DNA of 64,000 nucleotides from Octopus vulgaris (taxonomy: Eukaryota), in the NCBI GenBank assembly GCA_951406725.2, contig OX597819.1:18662001-18726000 (forward strand), read 5' to 3'. The translations under genes and the position numbers were made by a program. Of the stretch, positions 27,417-39,574 are shown in pieces (the first letter of the stretch is position 1; each line of letters opens with the position of its first letter). Under the pieces are notes generated by a model, which was not told the DNA's origin, did no database searches, and saw only the letters and a program-made list of their open reading frames with translations.

Positions 27417-27500
27417 TTTTCGACATATGCTTCGAAGTCTGCAAAGTCCCTAATTCCGATTGAATAAGGAGTCCATTTTGCAGCTTCCCCTTCAGGAAAA
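27417..27500 (-). ncRNA. Degenerate type-I hammerhead motif with extended stem II (Penelope-type terminus, element ~27365-27540)
   Basis: TTTTC-CTGAAGG-GGAAG.CTGCAAA...TTTGCAG.A.CTTC-GAAG-CATATG-TC-GAAAA. All three stems pair; two core A>G changes. Confidence 0.6.
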
Positions 27501-28179
27501 TCCAGGAACTTTGCTACCCAGGTATCGGTTATCTTTTGAATTATCCGTAATAAGATAATTCATTTATCTACTTCAATAAGTATATATATGTATCATGTAT
27601 ATATATATATATGTGTGTGTGTGTATAAATACATGTGTGTGTGAGTATATATATGCGTGTGTGTGTATGTGTCCGTATTTACATGCAGGCGTCAGTTCAC
27701 GCATATAGAATTCCGCGTAAATCTAACATCTTTTACTCATATATCGTGTTTATATTTATCCATACATATAATTTTACAATCTGCAATTAATTTACGTGCT
27801 AGTGTATATATACGTCATACCACTATATATGTATGCGCGTTTGTGTGTGTGTGTGTGGGGGGGCGATTGTTTTCTATGTGAGTAATGTGCTTATGCTCAT
27901 GTATATATATATGTAAGAGGGATTGTGCATATATTATTGTTTGTGAGTGTATTCAATAAATACATTCTTTAATAGCGAACTGCCTCCGGTGTAGTCGCTG
28001 ACTCTACTTGACGTAAATTTCATGCTGGGAAATCGCCAAAATATAGAATATAGAAACCGATGTGTATTTAATTGATACAAAGAAAAGAAAAAGAAAAGAA
28101 AAAATAAAGAAGACGGAAAAGAAGTTTAATAATTAAAACATAATGATTATAGAAAATAATTAAGAACATTTCTAAAATT

Positions 28180-28283
28180 GATAACAACAACAACAACAAC
28201 AACAAAAACAACAGCAACAAGGATGATGATAATGATGAGATTTGCGGTATTGATGATGATGATGGTGATGATGGTGGTGGTGG

Positions 28284-28320
<37 letters not shown>

Positions 28321-28337
28321 CATGATGGTGGTGGTGG

Positions 28338-28389
<52 letters not shown>

Positions 28390-28478
28390 GGTGGTGATGA
28401 TGATGATGACGATGACGATGATGATGATGATGATGATGATGATGATAGTAATGATGATGATGATGATAGTGATGATAG

Positions 28479-28530
<52 letters not shown>

Positions 28531-28600
28531 AGTGATGATGATGGTGATGATGATGATGAGGGGGAAACAGAAGGATGTAAATGGTGATGAAGATGATGAT
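28180..28600. repeat. (GAT/GGT)n microsatellite
   Basis: Directly visible. Confidence 0.95.
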
Positions 28601-28753
28601 TTTGGTGCCGGCATCGGTGTTCTTCGTAATAATTCTAACGTGATTCCAACGGTGTCGGTGCCAACGACACTAAGAAATGCGATAATAGTAATAACGTGAA
28701 CGATACCAATATGTTTATGGTGACGGGTAGGATTTCATGAGGGACAGCACCGA

Positions 28754-28786
<33 letters not shown>

Positions 28787-28879
28787 CTGCGTTAATTATA
28801 ACAACGTTTTGATCAATAACACAATCAACATTACTAACAAGCGAGAAAAAGTAGCATTACGACACATGTTGCATTAGCG

Positions 28880-28913
28880 GCAACGGAAACAACAACAGCA
28901 ATAGTAGTAGAAA

Positions 28914-28964
<51 letters not shown>

Positions 28965-28985
28965 CAGTAGTATTAGTGGTAGTAA

Positions 28986-29030
<45 letters not shown>

Positions 29031-29185
29031 TAGCGGAAGCAGCAGTAGTAGAAGTAGTAATAGTAGTAGTGGCAGTAGCAGTAGTAGTAGTAGTGGTAGT
29101 AGTAGCAACAGCAGTAACAGCAGTGGTTGTAGTAGCAGTAGTAGCAGTAGTAGTAGTATTAGTAATAGTAGAAGTAGCAGTAGTA

Positions 29186-29216
<31 letters not shown>

Positions 29217-29243
29217 AAGTAGCAGTAGCAGCAGCCGCAGCAA

Positions 29244-29276
<33 letters not shown>

Positions 29277-29570
29277 CAACAGCAGTAACAGCAGTGGTAG
29301 TAGTAGCAGTAGTAGCACAAACAGCAGTGGTAGTAGTAGTACTAGCAGTAGTAGTGGTGGTGGTGGTGGTAGCGATGTTGCAGCTGTTGCTGCTGGTTGT
29401 GATTGTGCAGTGACGGGATTTTGTTTTTGTTGGCGGCGTATGTGTGGCGCTAGCGATGGGCGGTGATGATGACAAGTGACGGTGAGTGATGATGATGATG
29501 ATGATGATGACGACGCCAACGACTACGACGACGACGATGGTGATGGTGATGATGATGATGGTGATAATGA
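28880..29570. repeat. Degenerate (GTA/GCA/GAT)n microsatellite
   Basis: Directly visible; the sub-block GTAGCAACAGCAGTAACAGCAGTGGT occurs twice. Confidence 0.9.
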
Positions 29571-29721
29571 TTACGCTGACATTGATGACAAAAATATTGT
29601 TACTACTCTTATTGTTGTTTTTGAAACCACTCTTTAAATGGTCATATTCTTGAGTGTTGTTATTGTTGTTGTTGATGTTATTGTTGTTGTTGATGTTATT
29701 GCTGTTGCTGCTGTTGCTGTT

Positions 29722-30086
29722 GAGCGAACGGTCTTCGTCCCAGAGCTCGCTAGATGGGAGAAGTCCGAAACGTGGACCTTTGCTATTCGTAAGACCCGCA
29801 GAAGAGAAAGCAGGTCAACCCCCGACACCGAGAGCATCGACGTATGGATGAATGCGCATCCAGGCTCAGCGGTTGCGTAGGAAGCCGGGGACAGGAAACA
29901 GGAAGAAAGAGTGAGAGAAAGATGGGGCGAAAGAGTAGAACAGGTGTCGCCACCACCCCCAGCCAGAGCCTCGTGGAGCTTTAGGTGTTTTCGCCCAATA
30001 AATACACACAACGCCTGGTCTGGGAATCGAAACCTCGATCCTCCGACCGCGCGTCCGCTGCCCTAACCACTGGGCCATTGTACCTC
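29722..30086 (-). mobile_element. SINE family B, tail 2
   Basis: Same head and centre as 20473-20853 but an unrelated 3' half ending GACCGTTCGCTC-(AAC/AGC)n. Confidence 0.85.
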
Positions 30087-30267
30087 CACTTGATGTTGTT
30101 GCTGTTGGTAGTGGTGGTCGTCGTCATCGTTTCCGTAATGTTCGTGAACATGCTGGCGGTCATAGCGGTGGCAGTGGCGGCGTAGGTGGTTGTGGTGGCG
30201 GTGGTGGTGGTGCTGTTCGTCGTCGTCGTTTCGACACTGTTGGTGGTGTTAGTGATGGTAGCGTAGG

Positions 30268-30458
30268 TGGTTTCGTCTGCCATTACGTTGTGAGTTCAAA
30301 TCCCGCCGAGGTCGACTTTGCCTTTCAATCCTTTCGGGGTCGATAAATTAAGTACCACTTACACACTGGGGTCGATGTAATCGACTTAATATCTATATGT
30401 CTGTCCTTGTTTGTCCCCTCTATGTTTAGCCCCTTGTGGGTAATAAAGAAATAGGTAT
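30268..30458 (+). mobile_element. SINE family A, headless body + tail 1
   Basis: TTTCGTCTGCC...GAGTTCAAATCCCGCCGAGGTCGAC...CCCCTTGTGGGTAATAAAGAAATAGGTAT. Confidence 0.85.
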
Positions 30459-32005
30459 GAATGACATTGCTGCTGAAGCGACATTTAGAATCTGGAAAAG
30501 AAATTTACAAAAAAAAAAAAAAGATACAAAGAATTAAATTAAGATCAGTTTTATTTTTAGTAGAGTTTTACTTGGAAATCAAGTTGGATGAATCGTATAT
30601 TTGGACGTAAACAAGTTAATAGAAGAAATGGTTATTTTAAGTTTCTTACACTAATTAGGTCTTAGAGAGATTGGTTTTCACTTCTAATTGAGTTCTGTTA
30701 TCCAATCTTAATTGTTTTTCCTCGCTGAAATGCCGAATTTCTCCACCTTACCGAAATAAACTGTGAGACTTGATTTGCTATTAAACACTTCAAATATAAA
30801 TCTTGGATATCTATGAGCATCAACTGTTCTTGTAGAGACACAGTGAAGACAGTTGTACTTTATCCGGTATTGTGTACACTATAACCATTGGTTTGGATAT
30901 ATGCTTCTAATTAGGGTTCAATTACCTGTCGCTGGAGAACTAATAAATTATTCATTACCTCATGTATCAGAATAAAATGCGATAGAATAAAAAAAAAGAG
31001 CATAAAATTATAAATGTCACTATACATATCACATAACATGTATGGTAATATTGTTGCTATCATTATTAATATCATCATCACAATCATCATCATCATCATC
31101 ATCGTCGTCGTCGTCTTCGTCATCATCATAATCATCACAATCATCACCTTCATCATCATCATACTCGTTATTTGTGTTCTTGTTGCTGTTTTGATTTATA
31201 AGAGCTGTTCCAATGACCACACATAACAGCAAGCTGGGCATTTTTACTACGGACTCTATTTATGATTTGCAGTGAAACAGTGTATGTGAAGGAGACCAGA
31301 ATCAGAGAACCATGATTCTGTTAAAGTCACAATATTTCCAAATTCTCGTGATCGCAGACCTTAAGAGATAGTAGCTTTTTTTCTTCGAATTAAATGGACC
31401 CAGTCGATTAGTCAGCAGGAAATGGTAAATCCTACAATATCTTGCAACTCTCCGATTCAAATATTTTTTCTGACCGATTATCGTACCCTTAGCTTACTGC
31501 ATCAAACTCGCATTTTTGGCAAAGCTTCTAGTGTAAAACTTTCCCAACTCGGTTACGTTTTCATTTCTGCTATTCTTCCTGGGCCAACGTAGGACATTCC
31601 GCAACACTGTATACCTTTGTTTCATCCCAACTTCCAATACCCCACATTCTGGTGAAACCTACACATACACCTATCGCCACGGGGTGTTTGTTTCTACAGC
31701 CATAATAAGCACTGTAGTCTTTTTCAAGCAAGCACAGGATTTCTTTCCATTTCCGACATTATCGCTGTTTCCCATGATCCTGAACTCTATGGGTGATAAA
31801 AGAGATTCATTCTGATTGTTTACGCGCACACTGTGGCATGCTTTAACCCACACCGACTATGAATCCTAACGAACAACCGGGATGTTGCAGTAAACCCATA
31901 ATCATGAAGGAATTACAATATACCCTTACAATATACCCTATAAACTTCCTCTGTCAAGTAGACGTTGAAACTTTTTCAGCATCTCTCGATCTCTCACAAA
32001 TAACT

Positions 32006-32608
32006 ACCGATTTCTTTTTTACCCACAAGGGGCTAAACACAGAGGGGACAAACAAGGACAGACATAGGTATTAAGTCGATTACATCGACCCCAGTGCGTA
32101 ACTGGTACTTAATTTATCGACCCCGAAAGGATGAAAGGCAAAGTCGACCTCGGCGGAATTTGAACTTAGAACGTAAAGATAGACGAAATACCTATTTCTT
32201 TATTACCCACAAGGGGCTAAACACAGAGGGGACAAACAAGGACAGACATAGGTATTAAGTCGATTACATCGACCCCAGTGCGTAACTGGTACTTAATTTA
32301 TCGACCCCGAAAGGATGAAAGGCAAAGTCGACCTCGGCGGAATTTGAACTTAGAACGTAAAGATAGACGAAATACCTATTTCTTTATTACCCACAAGGGG
32401 CTAAACACAGAGGGGACAAACAAGGACAGACATAGGTATTAAGTCGATTACATCGACCCCAGTGCGTAACTGGTACTTAATTTATCGACCCCGAAAGGAT
32501 GAAAGGCAAAGTCGACCTCGGCGGAATTTGAACTCACAACGTAATGCAGACGAAATTCCGCTAAGCATTTCGCCCGGCGTGCTAATGTTTCTGCCAGCTC
32601 GCCGCCTT
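32006..32608 (-). mobile_element. SINE family A trimer (one head + three 184-bp body-tail units)
   Basis: Unit junctions CCTATTTC at 32191 and 32375 (period 184); units nearly identical; a single head at 32560-32608. Confidence 0.95.
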
Positions 32609-33226
32609 AAGCCACGAATAGATCCGTCTTTCCGCAAACTAGATACGAACCAGGTATTATATATTGAACCTAGAAACAAATATGCTTCTATGAAAGCAAT
32701 GTACACAGCTAATTTCGTACTTCAGATTCCTTCCAATGTCCTTCTGTTTTCCAGATACCCACTTACTTGTTCACAAGGTACACGGAACCGGTTTTCATGT
32801 GCCCACATATCAAAGGATTTTTTTTATAAGATCACTCCTTACAATTAATTCAGAGCTTCAGTTCATCATCGTAATATGTTAGAAACTACTATGAGATGCG
32901 TAAAATGATATTATATCTATGAATTGTATCTAATATATAATACGTTGTAACATATATTTATACATACACACATATATACGTATTGATACACACACACACA
33001 CACACACACATACACATATATACATATATATATACATGCATATATATATATATATATATATATTGTTTTTCTACCTATTATATACATTATTATTATTTTT
33101 ATAATTTACTTAATCTTTACTTTTTATTGTTATTTTAATTTTAACTTTTCTATTATATGTAATTTTCTAGATGGTGTAATTTAATTATTAATTTTGAATC
33201 GATAAAAGGTGTTTTTTTTTATAATA

Positions 33227-33300
<74 letters not shown>

Positions 33301-33390
33301 TGTGTGGAATTTGATTTAGTATTTCTAAATTGAATTCTTTTTCCTTGTAAGTTTGGATTTTATTCCCTCAAATAATAAAATATATATAAA

Positions 33391-35875
33391 ACTTAGATAA
33401 CACTTAGATATGTTTCGACCAGAGATTGGTCCAGGCCATGTCTAACTTAATAGCACCACCTGATAGGATTATTCGAATCCTGTTTAAGTCAAGTTTTGTT
33501 CAAGTAGTGAGTTCTTGTTGGGTGAGTTGTATCCAGTTTTGTTCAAGTAGTGAGTTCTTGTTGGGTGAGTTGTATCCAATTATGGGTGGCTTGTCTGGTA
33601 TTCTTTGAAGGAATCTATCCAGACTCTGTTTGAAGTTGATGGGATCCTTTTCCTCTTTGATCTCCCTCGGGACAATGTTAAATAGGGCAGGGCCTGTTGA
33701 GGAAAAGAAATTATGTTGCAGTGTACATGTATGTTGTGATCTTGAATTTGGCAGGGGACGTATAGCCCGTGGTCCAAGTCTCGGATGAACCTTGAAGCTA
33801 ATGTTTAGGTCGTTTGGGCAAAGTTGGCGGTATATTTTCCACATCGTACAAATGATGTACCGCTCACGGCGACGCTGGAGGGAGTAAAGTTTCAAGGCTT
33901 TAAGGCGATCCCAATAGTCGAGAGCAGCCATGCCTTCAATTTGTTTAGTAAGAGCCCTCTGGGGTGACTCAATTCTGGAGATGTTTTGTCTTGTGTGAGG
34001 AGACCACAGTGGGCAGCAGTATTCAAGGTGTGGCCGTACAAAGGATGAAAAAAGTGGTATGATGACACCTTGTTCTCTGGACCGGAAAGTTCTTAAGATC
34101 CAGGAACTCATCCTACGAGCTGTATCGACCTTCTTGTTGATGTGTGCACTCCAGCTGAGATCGCCATCAACAATTACACCCAGGTCTCTGATATTGTTAG
34201 AGGCTGTGAGCGGTTCCCCTGAAGGAAGAGAGTATGGTTGTTTTAGTGAGGAATTTCTTCCAAAATGCATCAGCTCAAATTTTCCCTCATTCAGTTGCAT
34301 TTTGTTTCTGTCTGCCCATTGACTCACAGCATATAGGTCAGACTGGAGTTGAGTTCGGTCTGCTTCTTCATTGACGATTTGCTGGAGCTTAGTGTCATCA
34401 GCGAATATTTTCACTTTGCAGTGATGTACGACACTGGAAAGGTCGTTTACATAAATTATGAAGAGTAGCGGACCCAAAACAGTTCCCTGGGGAACACCGC
34501 TGGTGACTTTTGCTGGGTTTGAGTGGACTCCATCAACTACAACATGTTGTGTTCTATTCGCTAGGAAATACTGAATCCAGTGTAGAACTTTTCCACGGAT
34601 TCCAACATTTGCCAATTTTGAGAGTAGGATGTTATGGTCTACCCTGTCGAACGCTTTACTGAAGTCAAGGTATATGACGTCAGAGTTCGAACCTGTTCCC
34701 AAGGCTTTGAGTACATCTTCAATGTGGTGTAAGAGCTGTGTTAGACAGTCCCTGCCACAGCGAAAGCCATGTTGATTTGAATTTAGGAGTTTGTGGGTCT
34801 CCAGGAAGTCAGCTATCCTTGATCTTAACACTCTTTCAAACACTTTAATGATGTGGGAGGTGAGTGAGATTGGGCGATAGTTGACTGCGAGGGATCTGTT
34901 TCCCTGTTTGAAAACCGGGATGACCGACTGGGATAGAAACTTTTTCGGTATATAACCTGCGTCTAACGAGTTTCTCCAGAGGTTGGTCAGAGGGACTGCA
35001 AGTTGATATCTACATTCCTTTAGGAGACTGGCGGGAAATCTATCAGGGCCTACAGCGGAGTAATGTTTGACCTCATTTATTGCTGCTACGATGTCGGTGG
35101 CAGTGAAGGTTATGTCTGCGATTTTGTGTTGGGAGTCAGCTTCGTTCGTTTCCCTCACATCAATATCAGTGGGAACACTGAAGACAGAGCAATATTGTTT
35201 CTGCAGTATTTCTGCCATTTCTTTAGCATCGTGTTGGGGAATGCCGTTTTCATCAATCAATGGCCCAATAGGTGAGACAGTGGCTCTATGCTTATTTGCA
35301 TAAGAATAGAACACTTTTGGGTTCTGTTTGATGTTTTTGATTACCCATTGTTCCTCCACAGCTCTTTGATTTTCAATGGAGGTTTTCATGTTAGTCTGCA
35401 GATGAAGTTTTTCCAGCTCTAGTCTTTTCATTGTTGTTGAATGTGGATGTTGCGTGTGGGAATATTTTAATTGGTTGATTTTTTTGTTGAGTCTTTTGAT
35501 GCGCCTGATGAGTGTTTTTTTCTTTTTAGGGAGCCGGTTTCTGTTTGTGTTAGTAGATTTCTTGGGAGCGTGTTTAGAGCATGTGTCGGTGACAATGGTT
35601 TCAAAGTGCTGCCACGCGGTCTCAATATGAGGGGAATTGAGAGTAAAAGACCAGTCGATGGAAGACAGATCCTTTCTGATTGTTCCCCAGTTCGCTTTGT
35701 GGAAATTTATGTTGTCAAATGGGTGCCATGGAGTGGGATTGGCTGGTTTGGTTTTTATACGTCGGGAATTAAGATTGCAGAGTACCATGTCGTGGTCTGA
35801 GAGGAGAGTTTTTTCGACTGAAATGCTGTGAACGTAGCTAGAGTGATTGGTCAGTACCAGATCCAAGATCGTTTT
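33391..35875 (-). mobile_element. 5'-truncated CR1-group LINE
   Basis: Contains the RT ORF, a short 3'UTR with a GACCA-ATCTC-TGGTC stem-loop and a terminal (TATCTAAGT)2 repeat; sits in TA-rich sequence. Confidence 0.9.
33500..35866 (-). CDS. Non-LTR retrotransposon ORF2 (end of APE domain, linker, reverse transcriptase, C-terminus); no native start codon
   Basis: 788-aa uninterrupted frame: LDLVLTN..SDH (APE end), GPD, NYRPISLTS, QHGFR, YLDFSKAFD, GVPQGTVLGPLLF, FADD, DLGV, RPHLEYCCPLWSP, YSLQRRRER. Confidence 0.93.
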   Translation of the reverse strand: MDLVLTNHSSYVHSISVEKTLLSDHDMVLCNLNSRRIKTKPANPTPWHPFDNINFHKANWGTIRKDLSSIDWSFTLNSPHIETAWQHFETIVTDTCSKHAPKKSTNTNRNRLPKKKKTLIRRIKRLNKKINQLKYSHTQHPHSTTMKRLELEKLHLQTNMKTSIENQRAVEEQWVIKNIKQNPKVFYSYANKHRATVSPIGPLIDENGIPQHDAKEMAEILQKQYCSVFSVPTDIDVRETNEADSQHKIADITFTATDIVAAINEVKHYSAVGPDRFPASLLKECRYQLAVPLTNLWRNSLDAGYIPKKFLSQSVIPVFKQGNRSLAVNYRPISLTSHIIKVFERVLRSRIADFLETHKLLNSNQHGFRCGRDCLTQLLHHIEDVLKALGTGSNSDVIYLDFSKAFDRVDHNILLSKLANVGIRGKVLHWIQYFLANRTQHVVVDGVHSNPAKVTSGVPQGTVLGPLLFIIYVNDLSSVVHHCKVKIFADDTKLQQIVNEEADRTQLQSDLYAVSQWADRNKMQLNEGKFELMHFGRNSSLKQPYSLPSGEPLTASNNIRDLGVIVDGDLSWSAHINKKVDTARRMSSWILRTFRSREQGVIIPLFSSFVRPHLEYCCPLWSPHTRQNISRIESPQRALTKQIEGMAALDYWDRLKALKLYSLQRRRERYIICTMWKIYRQLCPNDLNISFKVHPRLGPRAIRPLPNSRSQHTCTLQHNFFSSTGPALFNIVPREIKEEKDPINFKQSLDRFLQRIPDKPPIIGYNSPNKNSLLEQNWIQLTQQELTT

Positions 35876-35904
35876 ATATATTTATACATGTATAGACAAA
35901 CAGA

Positions 35905-35953
35905 GAGACAGATAGATAAATAGATAGATAAATAGACAGACAAACAGACAGAC

Positions 35954-36023
<70 letters not shown>

Positions 36024-36060
36024 TTAGATAGATAGATAGATAGGTAGATAGGTAGGTAGA
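35905..36060. repeat. (GATA)n microsatellite
   Basis: Directly visible; others at 39470-39560 and 59480-59690. Confidence 0.95.
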
Positions 36061-36660
36061 ATGACAGGTAGATACATAAAATGTGTTATAAAATATTTTT
36101 CAAAACTGTAGAGCGTGTTACTGTTATTCAATGTAAGTGGTGTGTTCTGTTTTCTTTTATATAGGGAATTCATAAAACAAACATCTCTTCGAAACCAACT
36201 TCCAGTACTCATCCACTGATGTATCGCCCATAACATACTCTAATCTCATCCACCCTGTTTTGGAATATAACAGGAAATGATGTTTTTGTTTCATTATATC
36301 TCGGTTTCTAGATTTCGTATTTGCAGAGGAGGTTTACCGCACGTATTTTCGAAGCATTTTGCTTCCTTACAAATTTTGCTAGCACCAAATGTTAAATGTG
36401 AACACATAGCCACCAGTCACTTTAAAAAAAAAAATTTCCACTTAAATGTTCTGAAGATAGATTCCGGTCTATTTAATATTCGATTTTCTCGACCGCTGTT
36501 ATTACAGTGTAGTATACGTTTATGAGTCATCTCGAGATTCGGGTCATAAGGGAAAGAAGAAAAATAAATAAACAAGTAGGTTCTGTGCTACTTGTTTCAT
36601 GTATTTCGATTTAAAATACAAGTTCCTCATCCCAACAAAATTTATCTAGGCATAATTATC

Positions 36661-36893
36661 TGTTTCTTTATTACCCACAAGGGGCTAAACAAAGAGGGGA
36701 CAAACAAGGACAGACAAACGGATTAAGTCGATTACATCGACCCCAGTGCGTAACTGGTACTTAATTTATCGACCCCGAAATGATGAAAGGCAAAGTCGAC
36801 CTCGGTGGAATTTGAACTCAGAACGTAACGATAGACGAAATACGGCTACGTATTTCGCCCGGCGTGCTAACGGTTCTGCCAGCTCGCTGCCTT
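36661..36893 (-). mobile_element. SINE family A, full monomer with tail 1
   Basis: Complete head-body-tail; ~23-bp imperfect TSD at 36638-36660 and 36894-36916. Confidence 0.9.
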
Positions 36894-37823
36894 AAGTTTA
36901 TGTAGGAATAATTATCACCCATATGCTGACCCAAATCGTTATCACTAATCTAATATCGCAAAATACTCTATTTCTCATGCAGCGCAAACTGAATGAATAT
37001 ACACTAATAAATTTCATTTAAAAAAATATTTTCGTAATATATTAAACATCATAAGTGCCCCAATACCTTAATATGCGTTCCAAAGTATAGGAAAAAAAGC
37101 AGGAATTATATTTCCAGAGTGAAGTCTGATTGGAATACAACAAAAAATATTTCATTTTTTTAAAGTTTGTTTCATTTTGGACAAACCTCATCAGTAAGTG
37201 TATTCACCGTTAATTAGCAAGTTACATAGTTAGCTAGTTAATTGTTAAACAGACTGTAATACATCGTAAATAGTAACTTATTTCTTGACTATATATTATG
37301 TATAGAATTGTAAAACGTACCAAAATATCGTTGAAATTACTTTCTTATAAGACGTTAATTACAAGCTACAGACGTAAAAAAACAATAATTGTATTTCTTT
37401 CATTCATATTGACAACATTAATACGTTTAACCATAATTGAAGCTGTTAGTTACTTGTACATTTGTTTCGTATTCCTTGGCATTGGTGTGAGTCTCGTGGA
37501 GAGTCAAACAAAATCTGGACGTCCAAACGAAACAGAAGAAGAAAATAATGCTTCAGTTTAATATATAATTAGAATTATTTTCACAACTGAAGACCGGAAT
37601 GCTATTCCAAGCTATTTAGAATATGGTTAGCAGCTAATGTAAGTTTTAATTAAATTTTTGTTTCCTTGTATGTCTGCATTATCGTTCATCTTGCATGGCA
37701 AAACAAAAGATAAATGAGTTTTATCTGTTCATTTCTCTATGAGGATTAAAACAGATAAGGATAGAATTAATATGCAATTCATTTATCCACAGGATAAAAG
37801 TATATAGATATGTATGTGTGCGT

Positions 37824-37896
<73 letters not shown>

Positions 37897-37937
37897 TATA
37901 TATATATATATATATATATATGTTTATATATATATAT

Positions 37938-38088
<151 letters not shown>

Positions 38089-39474
38089 TATAGGTAGAGA
38101 GAGATATATATGCGGTGTTGTATTTAGCGATGATTTATACTTTTGACAAATATACACCCGCATTATATATTCGTTCTTCGCTCGTTTATTACTGGTCTTA
38201 TTGCAATTCACGCCCATTGTCCAGAAATCTTTCGTCACAGATGTGTGACCTCACAGATGTGTGACGATAGATTTCACGACAATGGACATGAGTAAAAATG
38301 AGAATTGTGATTATCGAGTGAAGAACGAATTCATAGCGTGTGTTTATTTGGCAAAAATATATAACCATCCCGAAACACAATAATATCTGTTTCAACAAAC
38401 GACATCACATCACGAATTCATAAACGCCATTTTTTACTTAAAGATTTATGCCCGTACCCACACAGAAACATATTCCAGCGATTTCCGGACCAATATTTTC
38501 GAATATATGCTAAATGAAAAGAAAAGTTGTATACTTTTATGTGAGTTGTGATTACGAAATCTTACCAAAAAAACTGATTTATATTTTTATGATGTAGAAA
38601 ATAATTCGCTTTTTTTTCTTTCGCTTTAATGAGAATCATTGTTTGACTCTGGATGACATAGGATAAAGAACAAGTATACAAGCTAAGCAACCAAACACGG
38701 AACTAGCCAAATCCATAACTACTTAGAACAAGATGACATATATAGAAAAGAACTCGTGTTCGTGTCAGGTGAGGAACGGTGTACAAACAGTAAAACGCTC
38801 AGACAGGAAACTCCAACTCAATACATCAATATGATAAAACGAATAGCGAAACTTATGCATGTAATACGCGTATACACACACACAAACAAACACGCAGACA
38901 TACACACACACACTGATACACGCACACACAAACACACAGAGCATACGTTGTTTTTATTGTTATATATGTAAATGCATGTGTTTGTGTATGTGTAGGATTG
39001 CATGTATATGCAGCTGGAGGGGTGGTAAGTATGGAAAGGAAAAATAAAGTTAAATCCCATATAGAAATTGCGATACATACACAGCAAAGTGTGAACTGGC
39101 TTGTCAGGAGAGTAATATTGGTTCAAATATAGATGCATTAAAATTCATCTATATTTTGCAGGCATATATGTTTTATGCATGTAATGTATGAAATATTCAA
39201 ATATTGAAACGTTGGCATTACACATACCTATACGCTTCAGTACATATCTATAGGCATATACGAACACGCATGTTTGAACATTGCTACTTAGGGAACGATA
39301 CACCATCTTAAATTTGCATCCACACATTCTACATGGCACAGGGACACACTAAATATACTTCAGAGTAACACACTCTCTCTCTCACTATCTATATATCTAG
39401 CGATCGATCGATCGATCTATCTGCCTATATACAGATGTTAGTATGTATGTATGAATCACTATCTATCTGTCTGA

Positions 39475-39574
<100 letters not shown>

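Noticed and set aside
28834-29519. Mucin-like Thr-rich 213-aa ORF
   Set aside because: (TAC)n microsatellite reading, open in multiple frames
31500-32000. Possible old LINE linker remnant (KPIIMKEL)
   Set aside because: Single weak motif
33411-33440. GAAAC plus stem-loop as a hammerhead
   Set aside because: No CUGANGA core; it is the LINE 3' recognition stem-loop
33381-35881. Apparent inverted termini TATATAAAAC / GTTTTATATA around the LINE
   Set aside because: Explained by self-complementary TA context plus element-encoded bases (AAA ACG ATC TTG = KTIL); not TIRs
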